A DNA stretch of 64,000 nucleotides from Octopus vulgaris (GCA_951406725.2 OX597826.1:19282001-19346000), one strand, 5' to 3'. Counted from the stretch's first letter, positions 1 to 13,543 are shown. Made by a program: numbers and translations. The notes: generated by a model not told the origin, from the letters alone.

Positions 1-700
1 ATATGTCAAATCCTACCCAGACCGATGGGTATTTACTTTCATCCCTCCAGCATCAATGATAGCAACAATACACTGAATATACTGACGTCGATTCGATATA
101 GAACACATCTTTGTCGCTCTAGCTGTGTGAAGGGAGCAAATGTAGAAATCTGAATTACCACCTTTCAAGTTAAAGCTAAGCAACTGAACACTTAGTGCTT
201 TTATCTGTGACAAAGTAATAGCTTATCGCTCTGTCACATAGGGAAGTGTACCATCTGCTTGAAGGAAACTGGAGGTGAGATCAGCTCTGTAGAGCCTTCT
301 TATGGAGAAAAAGATTAAAATTTTACCGATGAGTGCAGTAGTAGCACTGTATATTCGATTTGTGTGTAGCTTGGTACACAGGTTCAACATTTTAAGTTCA
401 ATGGAAAATTAAAATCTTTAAGCTCTTCTCAGAAGAATTAAAATTGTACGAAGGAAATTAACTGGTATAAATGGAGAATCGAACCAGAGTATAGTTATCC
501 AGCATTTCGTTAACGTTTAGCAGTAGCTCATGTCTGAACACCTTGCAATCAGCTCTCTTCCGTTACACAATATGGAAACAAAATTTTCAATGGAGGTTAA
601 ATGCATTTGATGTGTTGTGAGTTCGTCCATAGCTTTCTAACGAAGTAAAGGAGGGCGTTCCAATTAGGCAAGTAAATATCTTATGATTTTTCTTTTTACA
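1..700 (-). mobile_element. Possible heavily decayed Helitron Rep/helicase remnant
   Basis: Broken minus-strand translations ('HLTSIENF', 'FRHELLLNVNEMLDNYTL', 'RRQYIQCIVAIIDAGG') loosely resemble, in the right order, Helitron RepHel motifs leading to the Walker A region (GPTSFEDL / GLLEDDNEW / IDAPGGTGKT); weak similarity. Confidence 0.3.
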
Positions 701-1197
701 TGTGATGGTCCAGAAACTCTAAAATCTGAGAGAAACAATAAGTTGTGACGTTCATGCATTTTCTGAGCGATTAAGCTGAAATAAACCTCCAACCCTAGAT
801 CAGGGTTTCGTTTGTACGCGCTCAGGTATCTATGAAATGACATACTCACAAAAATTGCAATTTCCCCACTAAGTCGAAACTTTTGAACAAATTGAAGGTG
901 ACTAAAACGATTATGAAAGTGGATAATGACATTTAAGCTATATGAAAAGGTTTGATAATGTAAAGGAAAGAGGTTTCCACCTAGAAAAGCAGTTGCCAAG
1001 TTCGATTCTCTGAGATGTTTAAGCAGACATTGTTTAAGCAACAATGTTACAAAAACAAATTGGTTTCGCTTTGGAAAATATTGACGAAGCGAATTCAGAA
1101 AAAGACTAATTACTTAATACCTGTACAAACATAATGATTATTTTTTTTGCTCAGAAAACGATATTAACGAAAATATTATTTATTCCGCGCACATCAA

Positions 1198-1390
1198 AGA
1201 GGCAAGTTGGTAGAATCGTTGGCACGTTGGACAAAATGCAAATGGGTATTTCTACCGATTCTAAGTAAGTGAGTTCAAGTCCTGCTGAAGTCAACTTTAC
1301 CTTTCACCGTTTCGGGGTAGATAAAACAAGGTACCAGTCTTGCCCCCTCCCTCAAAATTTCTAGCCTTGTGCCAATATTAAAAAGAATTA
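1198..1390 (+). mobile_element. tRNA-derived SINE, family B (Deu/Nin-domain-like), diverged
   Basis: GAGTTCAAGTCC B-box followed by 'ctttacctttcaccgtttcggggtagataaaa..gtaccagt'; homologous to 46701-46917. Confidence 0.75.
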
Positions 1391-3759
1391 TTTATTCTAC
1401 GCACAGCCAAGTATATTGTAGCAATGTCCAATGGTGAGTGATTAACAGAAAAATTGATTTTATGATATTAAAGCATTAGTAAAACATAATCATCCCCAAC
1501 ATCTCTATTACCCGTTTAAAATGACATATTCCAGTGGCGAGCGCCGTCTGGTTTAGATCATAATATGATGAATTTTGCAGTTGGGTTTCAATTCTCAGAA
1601 AGCAATATTTACCTACATACACTTCGCATTGCTAACATTATTGAAAATTGTAGGAATATGACAAATTCATTTATATTCTTTCTACCAAGAGGATCAATAA
1701 CCAATTGAAAGATAATAAGTGTTATGAAAAATCAATATTAAAATAAATGCAGATATACTTTGTTTATTTCATCACAATTTGAAGTGTGTGTGTGTGTGTG
1801 TATTCGTTTATCTTTAACAAGGTTTCATAGTCATGAGAGGAGCTCTGTTCAAGGATTTTGTCGATCAGAGCAACCCTAATATTTATACAAACTGATTATA
1901 TTACAGGACATAAAGTGACACAGTATAAAGCACACATACACACACACATATGTATATGACGTATTTCTGCGCATCTTCTCGCCACAAAATTCTATACAAG
2001 CTAGTGACCAAGCCGCACGCAGGGAGATCGAACCCAGGATCACCAGATGAACTTCTTAACTACACAATTACGATTACACCTCTGCGTGTGTGAGTATACA
2101 AGAAATATATTTACACGAAAACTTTATACCCAATATTTTGATTTAATTTAATATTTATCAACTCTGCATAACCATAGCATTTGCCTCTTTTGCGCCGTTT
2201 GATGGAAACGTCAATAACAAAGACCTGCATCCGATTATGTCGACGTATGATGTGGCGTTAACCTAATTCCTCATACGTCTGTTAAATACGTTCTACACAT
2301 GTCATATTGCCATCATTGTTCAGGACGGCTCAAAAGACGGGAAAAAAGATGATGAAAAGGTTCTGTCAACAAAGCAGAGTTGTTTGATTATTGTTGTTGT
2401 TTCTCGTTGTTTCTCGTTGTTTATTGTTGTTCTTGTTTACATTGTTGTAATTCTAGCTGATGTTGGACAGGAGCTGTTGTTGTCACCCTATATGAGCAAA
2501 CCTGTGATCAAAATTATTCTCTTGATGAAAGCCCCTTTAAAAACAATGAAACTCATCCTGCATTGTAACGTTGTTGTTGTCGTTGTCGTTGTTGTTGTTG
2601 TTGTCATGATGGTCTCGCTTCTGTATTTTTTACTGTCATTTATTTGTTTAATATGAAGAGATATACAAGTCAATTCATATGCGTGTGCGCGCGTCTGTTT
2701 ATGTATGTATGTATGTATGTGTGTGTGTGTGGGGGGGGGGTTGTACACACACAACAAGGAAAAAAGTGACAACAAAAGAATGGACCTCGGTATTAGGGAA
2801 ATAGAGGATATTTATACATGTATAGTTTAGGACAATCAGTAACCTCTTGGTTCCGGCATTTGAAACTCCGAATACTATTATGACAATTTACTGATTGTCT
2901 TCAACTATGCATATATAAATATCCTCTATTTACCTAATATCGAGGTCTCATTCTTTTGCTGTCACTTTTTTATTATTATTATTATCGAATTACCTCCCGT
3001 ACACCGCAGCATTGTCTCTAAGAGGCCAATACAGCTAGTATTGAATAGTTGCTAGTAATCGGTTGAGGACATTCTCCCACAGAAGAATCTAATACGGATC
3101 CTTAGAGTATCGATTATTCTATGAAAAACATACCTATACCATCCAGGGAACTATACTCTAAGAAACTATTGGAAAAAATTACGAATCTTATTAAGTGAAT
3201 GAGATAGAAGGCCTTCCATTACAGCAATGAAAAGTCTATCACAAAGAACAAATATTCTACGAAATAAAATAAAATAAATTCCTTCCTAAAATCAAGGACT
3301 TAGAAGATTTCGAAACAGATCTAATGAAGCTTATAAACAAAACCAAATTTCCTAAGTCCTTTAACACTTTTCCACAGAAACTGAAAAAAACATTAAAAAC
3401 ATAAAAAGTTCCCACAAAACGGCCCTTTTTCTAATAAAACCAAGACAACTCCTACATAACAATGTTATTAATAATTACACTAAAGCTAAACCACAAGTTT
3501 ATAACGACATTAATAAAGAAGCTAGTATCATCGCCGCTAGGTTTAAATTCGATAAAAATAACAGAAAGCCCCCCCCCCAAAAAAAAAGAGGCCTTTAAAT
3601 ATTTCTTCTTACTTATAGATAGACACGTTCCAATAAATCATAAATATAGGAAACTTTTTAAAAGGCATAACCTAAAAATTGGTTTTAGTTCAACCACAAA
3701 TTTTAAAAACAATTGCACTCAACGCAAAAAAAAAAAAATCAGCAACACGAAGCCGGCTA

Positions 3760-4183
3760 TTCCTGCAGGGATAAAGACTTGTACCCACTAAATGGAGCCT
3801 GTATGACCGAGCCATTATTTATGAAGCCACCGTAAATTCTACGAATGCTAATAACAGTTTTGTCAAAGAGATATGTGGGTCTCACGGAGGGAAATCTTAA
3901 AAGACATTGGGATAAACGAAAAGCTACCAAATTATCCAGTCATATACGGTTCTTAAAAGAACAAGGTGTCAGCTATAGGATTTACTGGAAGATCTTGGCC
4001 AAGTGTAAACCTTATACCAACGGTAGTAGCAAATGCGGGCTTTGTGATAAAGAAAGATGGCTCATCTGGAAAAGTTCCTTGGACCCCGCTACATGTCTGA
4101 ATTCAAGAACTGAACTTTTTGGATCATGTCCATATATGACAAAATATCTGTTACGGTTTTGGGGTCCCCAAGATCACGGATAG
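3760..4183 (+). pseudogene. PLE GIY-YIG endonuclease remnant (frameshifted)
   Basis: 'PLNGACM..IIYEATVN..KRYVGLTEG..TKLSSHI..WKILAKCKPY..KCGLCDKE..LNSRTEL..C' is typical of the PLE C-terminus. Confidence 0.85.
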
Positions 4184-4488
4184 AATCTGAATTTTTACTA
4201 TGTTCATGCACAAGCTTTCCATATATCTTAATATTTTTTATTGTTTTATATATATTTCATTTTTTCCTTTTTAATTGTGTGATTGTGTACGTGTGTGAGT
4301 AGATGTACATGCATGTATATATTAAATGTGCATATGTGTGCGTTTGTATATATTTGTACGCGTGTATGTATGTGTATGAGTGTAGGACTTGTCTGGTGTA
4401 TAAGTGAGACTTTCATGTACACGTCCCTTTCTTTTATACGGATATGCATATACTTGTATTTCTGAAGTTGTAGGTGTGTGATAGGAGG

Positions 4489-4562
<74 letters not shown>

Positions 4563-4646
4563 GTATATTTATATGTTTAAATTTCTAAATATATATGTAT
4601 GTAAGCATACACCTATATGTATTGAAGATGAAGTTGCGCGCACCAT

Positions 4647-4677
<31 letters not shown>

Positions 4678-4940
4678 GATATATATATACACGTGTGTGT
4701 GTGTGTGTGTGGATATGTGTATGAGTACGTACATGCATATATATATTTGTGTGAGCATGGGCATGTACATATACATGTTTGTGTGAATGTGTACGTATGT
4801 AGACCTTTATGAACACAGGAGGTTTTATGTCTATGTTTTGTGAGAATATAGTTGCGTGTATTTTTTATCTTTTATATTTTCCCCTCCCTGTTACAGTATC
4901 TTCCCATTTATTCAACGGTTTTTTTTATAGCGTCTATTGC

Positions 4941-5008
4941 CATTAAGAGCCGATGAGAATGCATCGCAGCTCTTAGCTCCTGCATTTGAAACTCTGAGTA
5001 CTATTATG
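4941..5008 (+). ncRNA. Type I hammerhead ribozyme motif, CCGAUGA core
   Basis: CCGATGA (4950-4956), stem II gaatgca/tgcattt, GAAA (4988-4991), ctctgag, TA, imperfect stem I. Confidence 0.7.
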
Positions 5009-5060
5009 ACAACTTACTGATTGTCCTAAACTATACATACATACATACATACATACATAT

Positions 5061-5800
5061 ACTAGCTGGTGGACCCGGTAATTCCCGGAAGTAAAGATCT
5101 TCTATTGAAACGCCTTAATACTCTGATATAAGAAAGCAATTTCGTTATAACTGCCATAAAAGGTGTGTTTTCCGTCGCGAAAAAGTACAAAAAACTGCCA
5201 GCTGGAAGAGGGTGAGATTGTTGGAGGTTGGCAAGAGAGGTTTTCGGAGGATGGTGAAAAAGTACTCTGACTCGTCGTGGCATTTTAAAGGCTAATTTAT
5301 TAAAGGTAATATATAAATGTAGTATATATGTATATACATATATGAATGAAGTGTTTAATGTTTAAGAATGAAATGAAGAAAGTGTAATAATAATAATAAC
5401 GTTCACACTCGCTGATGGTCGCTCCCAGTAACTGCCTTTGGCTTATGAAGTTCTTGTTTTTATAACTATCGAAAAGTAGCCAGAAGGATAGACATATTGT
5501 TGAGAACAAATGATTTCGTTGGTGGTCTGTTATCTCCATTCCAGCCCCTGGTGCCCTAGAAGGCCTCTGGGAAATGTATAAATGCTGTCATTCTCAGAAA
5601 AACAATTGTTTTACCGTGAGAAAAGCGCTGTTGAAGTGTTAAGTGAAATTTGGCAATCAAGGATCGAATCCATGCTATGCTTGCATGAAGCCACTACAAA
5701 TACGTTGAGGAATAAAAATTCATAGAAAAAGTGTAACTGTAAAAATGCAGAATTATTGGAGTAATGGGCATTCAAAAATGTATGTATGTATAAAAATGTA
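5061..5800 (-). mobile_element. Non-autonomous Helitron-like element (3' end at 5061)
   Basis: Begins actag (CTAGT on minus strand) followed by hairpin 'ccggtaattcccgg'; same end as 33552 and similar to 26231; far boundary uncertain. Confidence 0.55.
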
Positions 5801-5895
5801 TGTATGAAGTCTTTAAGGTTTAAGATTCAAATCAAAGAAATGCAATAATAATGTTCAGCAGTTCAAAACTCAGTAATTGTTTCACTTTCAACATT

Positions 5896-5981
<86 letters not shown>

Positions 5982-6017
5982 CTCGCTCTCTCTTTCTTTT
6001 CTCTCTTTTTATATACA

Positions 6018-6072
<55 letters not shown>

Positions 6073-6203
6073 ATATATATATATATAATATATATATATA
6101 TATATTATAAGTATAATTATATATTTAAAAATTAATTTTACCGACATGGTCATTTTTTATACGCTAGCCACTGATATAATCATTTTAATGATTATATCCT
6201 CAA

Positions 6204-6277
<74 letters not shown>

Positions 6278-6316
6278 TGTATGTATGTATGTATGTATGT
6301 ATGTATGTATGTATGT

Positions 6317-7010
6317 ATTGGGTTGGCAACTAAGTTCCCGCTGTTTTTAATTTTGGAATTTATTGTTTTTTTTAATTTTGCAACCTATTTTTTTCGAGAA
6401 TTCTATTTTTGAATTATTTTTGAATCTTTTTTTTTCTAGTTAATTTTAGTTATTTTTTGTTTATTTTCAGATCATTAAAATGGGATGTCAAGTTAAGAAA
6501 AACGAGCATTTTCGACACCTCCTTCTTTTTGCTTTTAATCAAGGTTCTAACGCCGCAAAAGCTGTTCGCGATATTTGTGCTGTATATGGAGAGGGTGCTA
6601 TAGCTGAGAGAACCGCTGGGGTTTGCTATGCCAAGTTCAAAAATGGAAATTTTGACCTCAAAGACGCACCGCATTCTGGCCGTCCAGTTGTGTTCGATGA
6701 AGCGCGATAAAACCAACTTTTGCACGAAAATTCTCGTCACACGACAAGTGACGAGTGAACTGGCAGAGGAAATGGAAAGCTCCCACACTGCTATAGAGAA
6801 GCATCTTCACTCGATGGGAAAGGTTCAGAAGTATGGAGTATGGGTTCCGCATGCTTTAAGTGACAACAACAAAAATCAACGAGCCACAATCTCCGCTGGC
6901 TTGCGTGCTCGTCACCGCTCAACTCATGGACACAAGCAACGATTTCTTTACTGAATCGTTACTGGCAACGAAAAATGGTGCCTGTACATCAATATGAAGC
7001 AGCGTGGGGA
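6317..7010 (+). mobile_element. mariner (DD34D) element, 5' TIR plus truncated transposase pseudogene
   Basis: TA-ttgggttggcaactaagttc TIR; ORF from 6480 with HTH 'KFKNGNFDLKDAPHSGRP', WVPHAL motif, 'IVTGNEKW' (first D mutated to N); stops, frameshift, 3' truncated. Confidence 0.9.
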
Positions 7011-7019
7011 ATGGCTTAT

Positions 7020-7310
7020 CCATCTATGAATATATATATACATACAAAAACATACATACACATACATATACATATGAACACATTTCGACATTTCCACCTA
7101 TATTTACTAAATTACAAAATATATGTCTGCCCATCAAAGGACGTATACATACACAATAAGCAAACAGAAATTACTATTAATTAAGATATAAGTAAATTAA
7201 TTATAAATTAAATTAATTATAAATTAATAAGTGCCCAAAAATAAATAAATGAATAAAAATACAAATAAAAATGAATATATAAATCAATCAATAAATAGAT
7301 AAGTAAATAG

Positions 7311-7352
<42 letters not shown>

Positions 7353-8135
7353 ATGTATAGATAAATAGATAAATAAAATAAAATACAAATTTAGATGGGT
7401 ACAAAGATAAACTTAATATATAACAAATACACGCGAAAAAAACCCGTATATGCTCATCGAAATAAACAACGTATACTACTTATAGACTCACATTTGTTAC
7501 ATATTGGTATAGCAAAAACCTAAACCAGTGCCCTAAGATATGATGCGCATATACACCCTACACACATAAAAGACTCTGTGGAGATCAGAATATCATGCAT
7601 ATATCATAATAACTATATATTTCAGTATATTTTTCAAGCGGGGACAAAAACAATCAATATAGAACATATATATGGAGATACAAAATTATAAATTATAAAT
7701 TATAAGGACCAATAGTACAGTCCTATACAGAGGAATGTTAAAAGATTACTGGTAGAAAAATTAGGTGTTATTTAAATCTAGAGAAAGTATACGCTAATTT
7801 GTGAAGGCAAAAAAATTTCTCTCGTTAATGTTATTAATAATGGGTAGGCCAGCCTTGATGATGAAGAATATTTCATTGATACATAAAGAGCATTTTTTAT
7901 TTCTACTATTGTATACAGGTGCAGAAGTTAGTATTTCCCAATCTAATTTAAAATCTATGTTCTTACTCTTGAGTTCCCAGATATACGTACTTAACCCCGT
8001 AGAGTTCATCCTATTTTTATTTTTAAAAGTATATCTATGATAGTTTAGCCGTTGTTTTATACTATTTTTAGTCGCACCAATGTACACCCTGCTATTATGC
8101 TGTGTATTTACAGTGCATTGGTAAATAATAATATG
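7020..8135 (-). mobile_element. Penelope-like element 3' part with GIY-YIG endonuclease remnant (7794-8135)
   Basis: 'IIYQCTV..VYIGATKNSIKQRLNYHRYTFK..STGLSTYIWELK..KKCSLCINE'. Confidence 0.85.
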
Positions 8136-8496
8136 AAGCATGATATTGATAGCATTAGTGGTAATGACAAAGATAATGATGCTAACATTAATGACATTTT
8201 GGAAATTAATAAGAATTAATATTATGTACTCTTGACTCTGTATATCTGCATTTAGGTATTAATATGTGTATGTTTTTCTACATTGTAATTATCACAATAT
8301 TAAGTTGAAAAACTGTAACATTGAATGTGGAACATATGTATGTTTATTAATTTATATTATTTATATCATTATGTATATGTATATTTATATGTATAGGAGT
8401 ATGAGTATATGCACTCATATGTATATGTATATGTTTTATTATGGGTATGTACCCGCACCTGTATAAGTATGTATGTAATCTGATTTGTATCACATA

Positions 8497-8624
8497 ATCT
8501 CCGAAGAGGCCTTAGGATATTTTTTGTAAATGTCTCATTTATAACTACATATTGACCTACCATAAATGGCTAATATAAGTAAAATGAGACATACTTATCT
8601 ACATGGCCGAAACAGCTGTAAGAT
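8497..8624 (+). ncRNA. Type I hammerhead ribozyme motif, CCGAAGA core, long stem II
   Basis: atct / CCGAAGA (8501-8507) / ggcc...ggcc with inner helix atgtctcattt:aaatgagacat / GAAA (8609-8612) / palindromic cagctg / TA / agat. Confidence 0.8.
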
Positions 8625-9021
8625 GTAGTCTATATTTATATTTATATGTACTTATATTTGCATTCTCTTATACATATTCTACTTATTGTATAACATTACT
8701 CTTTTAGGTACACTCCTTTATGTACACTGTTTTGTTCTACATTATTATGTTTAACCTTATAGTTTCTTATGTGGTGGTTTAATAAAGTATGTGATTGAGT
8801 ATTATCTGGTAACTGATATTTGATTTCCATGTATTTCTCCATTTTCTTATTTTGTATTATGAATTTGTGGTAAATCACTTTACCTTTGCCCATATAATAC
8901 AGTAAATGAAATAATTGCATCGCAATTCTTAACATTTATGTATTAACTTTGTTGGGTACTTCACTGGCAGTATATTGGATATATGTTATCCCATGGAGGG
9001 TTGCATTTACAACCCCTATCT

Positions 9022-9113
<92 letters not shown>

Positions 9114-9117
9114 TCTT

Positions 9118-9472
9118 TTATTCTTTTGCTCTTTTGTTTCAGTCATTTGACTGTGGCAACGCTGGAGCACCACCTCTAGTCGAGCAACTCGACCCCAGGA
9201 CTTATTCTTTGTAAGCCTAGTACTTATTCTATCGAACCTTTTGCCGAACCGCTAAGTTACGGGGACCAGCATCGGTTGTTAAGCGATTGTGGTGGGACAA
9301 ACACAGACACAAATACATATATATTTCAGTTTCCGTCGACCAAATCCACTTACAAACCATTGGTCGGCCCAGGCTACAATGGAAGACACTTGCTCAAGGT
9401 GTTACGCAGTGGGATTGAACCCGGAACCATGTGGTTGGGCAGCAAGCTACTTACCATACAGCTACTCCTGTG

Positions 9473-9473
<1 letters not shown>
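9118..9473 (-). mobile_element. tRNA-derived SINE, family A (CORE-like)
   Basis: Reverse complement of the 9589-10000 element. Confidence 0.9.
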
Positions 9474-9506
<33 letters not shown>

Positions 9507-9530
9507 TTACCACACTGCCACTCCTGCGCC

Positions 9531-9588
<58 letters not shown>

Positions 9589-9589
<1 letters not shown>

Positions 9590-10003
9590 GGCGCAGGAGT
9601 AGCTGTATGGTAAGTAGCTTGCTAACCAACTACATGGTTCCGGGTTCAGTCCACTGCGTGGCATCTTGGGCAAGTGTCTTCTGCAATAGCCCCGGGCCGA
9701 CCAATGCCTTGTGAGTGGATTTGGTAGACAGAAACTGAAAGAAGCCTGTCGTATATATCTGTATATATATATATGTGTATGTGTGTGTGTGTTTGTGTGT
9801 CTGTGTTTGTCCCCCTAGCATTGAATTACAACCGATGCTGGTGTGTTTACGTCCCCGTCACTTAGCGGTTCGGCAAAAGAGACCGATAGAATAAGTACTG
9901 GGCTTACAAAGAATAAGTCCCGGGATCGAGTTGCTAGACTAAAGGCGGTGCTCCAGCATGGCCGCAGTCAAATGACTGAAACAAGTAAAAGAGTAAAGAG
10001 TAA
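9589..10003 (+). mobile_element. tRNA-derived SINE, family A (CORE-like), full length
   Basis: A-box-like 'agctgtatggtaag', B-box 'gggttcagtccc', 'cttgggcaagt' CORE-like motif, internal microsatellite, 'aagtaaaagagtaaagag' tail; about 10 homologues in the window. Confidence 0.9.
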
Positions 10004-10041
<38 letters not shown>

Positions 10042-10047
10042 ACACAG

Positions 10048-10083
<36 letters not shown>

Positions 10084-10317
10084 AGTTATGTGTATATATT
10101 ACGTAGATAGGTTGGATAAAGAATGGTTATTCCATTTGTTGACAACCGTTTCGAAATCTCTTACATATATTATTCGCAAATCCTCGATAGCTGCGTAGTT
10201 GGCGGAGAGTTTGCAGTAAATTCTTTTTGATTCTTCGTACCCCTAATCCTTTTTATATATACATACATTCATATATAGAGGGGTTAAGAGTCCATAGAAA
10301 TTAAAAGTTATGGCTTA

Positions 10318-10756
10318 GAAAATAAATAAAGTTGGAAAAGATATAAAAGTATATTTTAGAGAACGTTTAATATTTTCGTCAGAGTGAATAATTTGGAATA
10401 TAACTGGTTCCGATGTATCCATCTTATCAAATATAAAAATTAATTCTTTTGATAGTCAAAGAGAAAAAAAATAGGAGTTAAGAGTTCGTACCCATGTTTT
10501 AGTGCATAGTGAAATTTTGTTTTAGTGTCAATACTTATATATGGTTTGCCAATGTAGGTTTCGGGTGGGCTTCAAGAGTTCAAGTTGCAGGAATTCTATT
10601 GAAAAGAAGTCCTCGACTTCAAAAAAAAATTCTTTTAAATATTTGATAAGTTGGATACATCAAACCCGATTATATTTCAAATCACTCACTGAAACAAAAA
10701 TATCTAATATTCTCTAAAATATAATTTTCTACCTTTTCCAACTTTATTTACTTTTT
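10318..10756. mobile_element. MITE with long (~135 bp) imperfect terminal inverted repeats
   Basis: 'aaataaagttggaaaag..tattttagagaa..gatgtatcca.cttatcaaatat' mirrored by 'atatttgataagttggatacatc..ttctctaaaata..cttttccaactttattt'. Confidence 0.75.
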
Positions 10757-10823
10757 TAACTACACACACACACACAAACACATAGACACTCACACACTTA
10801 CACACACACACACACAGACACAT

Positions 10824-10856
<33 letters not shown>

Positions 10857-10953
10857 TAAGCACATAAACTCCAAAAAAGTATGGAAAAAATAGTACTTGA
10901 ATAACAAAGGCAGAGTAATATGCTTTTATTAAAGCTGCAAAATGTTCACAGAA

Positions 10954-11056
10954 TTATTCCTCAGAGTTTCATGTTCCCGTTCGTCGAACAGTTGTGATGA
11001 ATACAATATTCATTACAAATGTCCGACGAACGGGAATGTGAAACCTTGCGCAACAA
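10954..11056. ncRNA. Head-to-head pair of degenerate mini-hammerhead motifs (same family as 37600 and 59675)
   Basis: Minus strand: ctgt-TCGACGA-acgggaacat-GAAA-ctctgag; plus strand: atgt-CCGACGA-acgggaatgt-GAAA-ccttgcg. Confidence 0.6.
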
Positions 11057-11939
11057 GCATGAATCAGAAATAGTGAAATAAACAAATAATTAGAAAGCAA
11101 TTAGCTGTGATAAAGAACTATATAACAAGATTAGCGCATTCGTTTTATGTTTTAAACGCGCGGATAATGAATATGTGGGAGTCGTTTCCTAACGAACCGT
11201 TTCGTGATTTGTTAAACGTTCGGCAGAGGAGACCTACCCAGTCATTTTCCTCAATCGAAGGAACAGGATGCTTAGCTAACTCTTTGGTGGATTGCTGAAT
11301 TCACATATTATCACTTTAGATAGCTCATCTTGAAATGGATAATATATATATATTTTACACGACACAACACTTTGTACTGTAGTAACGAAGTAAATATAAA
11401 TTTAGAAAACAACAAACATACGTTTATACACACATATATACATACAACGCGGTGCTCCAGCATAGCCGCAGTCAAATGACTGAAACAAGTAAAAGAGAAT
11501 ATATATATTGATACACACACGCGCGCGCACACACACACGCACAGACGCACACACACACACACACACACAAAACATTGATTAGAGAACAAACATCAAATTT
11601 GTGTCAACGTCTTTATATAACACCACGCATTCATACATTTGATCATATGTAAATATTACCATGGCCTTTAACATAACAAGAATATATATATAAAAACACA
11701 GAAGGTAAAAAATATATATACAAATAAAAATACAAATATATAGGACGGCCTATCAAGAAGGTACGTAAAATGGACTAAAACTTCTAAAGCGTGTCATGCG
11801 ATTAAAAATCTAAATAAAATAAAATATCAACCGACTACAATAATTTCTTACTCCTCTCAAATAAAAATATGTGAAAAAGTTCATTTCATAAAAACCAAGG
11901 TAGGTTGGAGTCCAGGAGTTGGCAAAATCAAGCCAAATA

Positions 11940-12023
11940 CATCTATGACCATTTCAGGAGTTCAATGCCACGGTTCCATCACAAGTTAAGGTGCAATCTC
12001 GGCAATGACCCCTCATGAGGATG
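11940..12023 (-). ncRNA. Type I hammerhead motif with mutated core (CUCAUGA)
   Basis: Minus strand: catc-CTCATGA-ggggtcattgcc...ggcattgaactcct-GAAA-tggtca-TA-gatg. Confidence 0.65.
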
Positions 12024-12216
12024 AACAAAAATCTCAACAAAATTGTATGTATGTATGTATGTATGTATGTATGTATGTATGTATGTATGTATGTATGTAT
12101 CTATCTATCTATTATATCTCTCTCTCTCTCTATATATATATATATACATATATAAATATAAACATATATGTGTGTGTGTGACTGTCTGTGTATATATATA
12201 TGTGTGTGTGTGTATG

Positions 12217-12283
<67 letters not shown>

Positions 12284-12626
12284 TCTAGCTATATATATAT
12301 ATATATTATATATTGATTATTCATTTTTATACTTTTTGTGATCTAGTTATATGTTTTATAAAATATATATTGTATTTGTTATGTATGATATGGTTTATGT
12401 CTATCATTGTTTGAATTACATAATAGTGGTTTTTCTCTAATTATGAAAAATATATAAAAATTTATAAATATAAATTAATAATTTTAATTTTAAATTTAAA
12501 TAATCTAAATTTTTTAATTCTATATTTTATATATTTTGTATATTATATTAATTATTTTTATTTTTATATTTTGGTTTATGTTATTCACTGTTTGATTTGC
12601 CTAATAGTGGTTTTATCTCTAATTTA

Positions 12627-12672
<46 letters not shown>

Positions 12673-12719
12673 TGCTCTTTCATTTCGACCAGTTGGACTA
12701 GTGCGTGAGTGTGTGCACG

Positions 12720-12758
<39 letters not shown>

Positions 12759-13543
12759 CTTCATTTACATGCCAGAAAGATACAAAAATCACTTAAGTGC
12801 TGAGAATTCCGTGTAGGACAATTATTAGTATGTTAAGTTCCACGCACGGAATTCACCTTTCCCGAGTCACTTTCGAAATTTTGTACCTATTGAAGATACT
12901 ATATATTTATATGTATGTGTACACTCACACATACACATACACACACGCACACACACGCACACACACGCACACACACATACAAGTCTTTCTATGTTGTATT
13001 TGGATGGGTATTATAGCCTATCGGGTGTTCTGTGTGGTGACGTTGCTAGCCCCTCACTCAACTTTTGTATATTTCTATCACCACCCGTTTTATACCAGAG
13101 TGAGAGAGAGAGAGAGAGACAGAAAGAAGCGAAGAGGGAGAGAAAGTAAGAAGAGGGAAAGGAATTAACACCAATATTTGACTGGTACTTATGTATGTAT
13201 GTAAGTATGTATGTATGTATACACACACACACACATGCTTGTGCTTACATACCAGTACACAACCCTACAAATCAAAGAAGGAGCCCGCACTTTCCAAGGT
13301 GGTAGGAATAGAAGTGAAATAACACCCACTGCCTTTTAAAAAGATGAAAAATAAAGAAAACATGCAAAAAATAAAATTTTAAATTTCTGTTATTTCATGC
13401 CTTTTATCTACTATGTCAAGACTGATTTTGGTGTTAAACAAACCCCAAAAAAAAAACAATAATTTTTCATATATAAGCACAATCCTCCATACGTATATAC
13501 ACCCAAACGTAAATTAACACACAATCACACACCTCATGCATAT

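Larger units (their letters stand above)
2761..5035 (+). mobile_element. Penelope-like retroelement, internally deleted, with inverted 5' terminal repeat fragment
   Basis: 2761-2842 is the reverse complement of ~2889-2972; ORF remnants from 3121 (MKNIPIPSRELYSKKLLEK); GIY-YIG endonuclease remnant 3760-4183; terminal repeat with hammerhead at 4941-5035 matching 2856-2910. Confidence 0.85.

Noticed and set aside
9589-9660. tRNA-like sequences at SINE heads
   Set aside because: SINE promoters without complete cloverleafs; not tRNA genes
10130-10160. Minus-strand GAAA-cggttg-TC-aaca
   Set aside because: Only the 3' half of a hammerhead; core not found, so counted as a remnant and not a ribozyme
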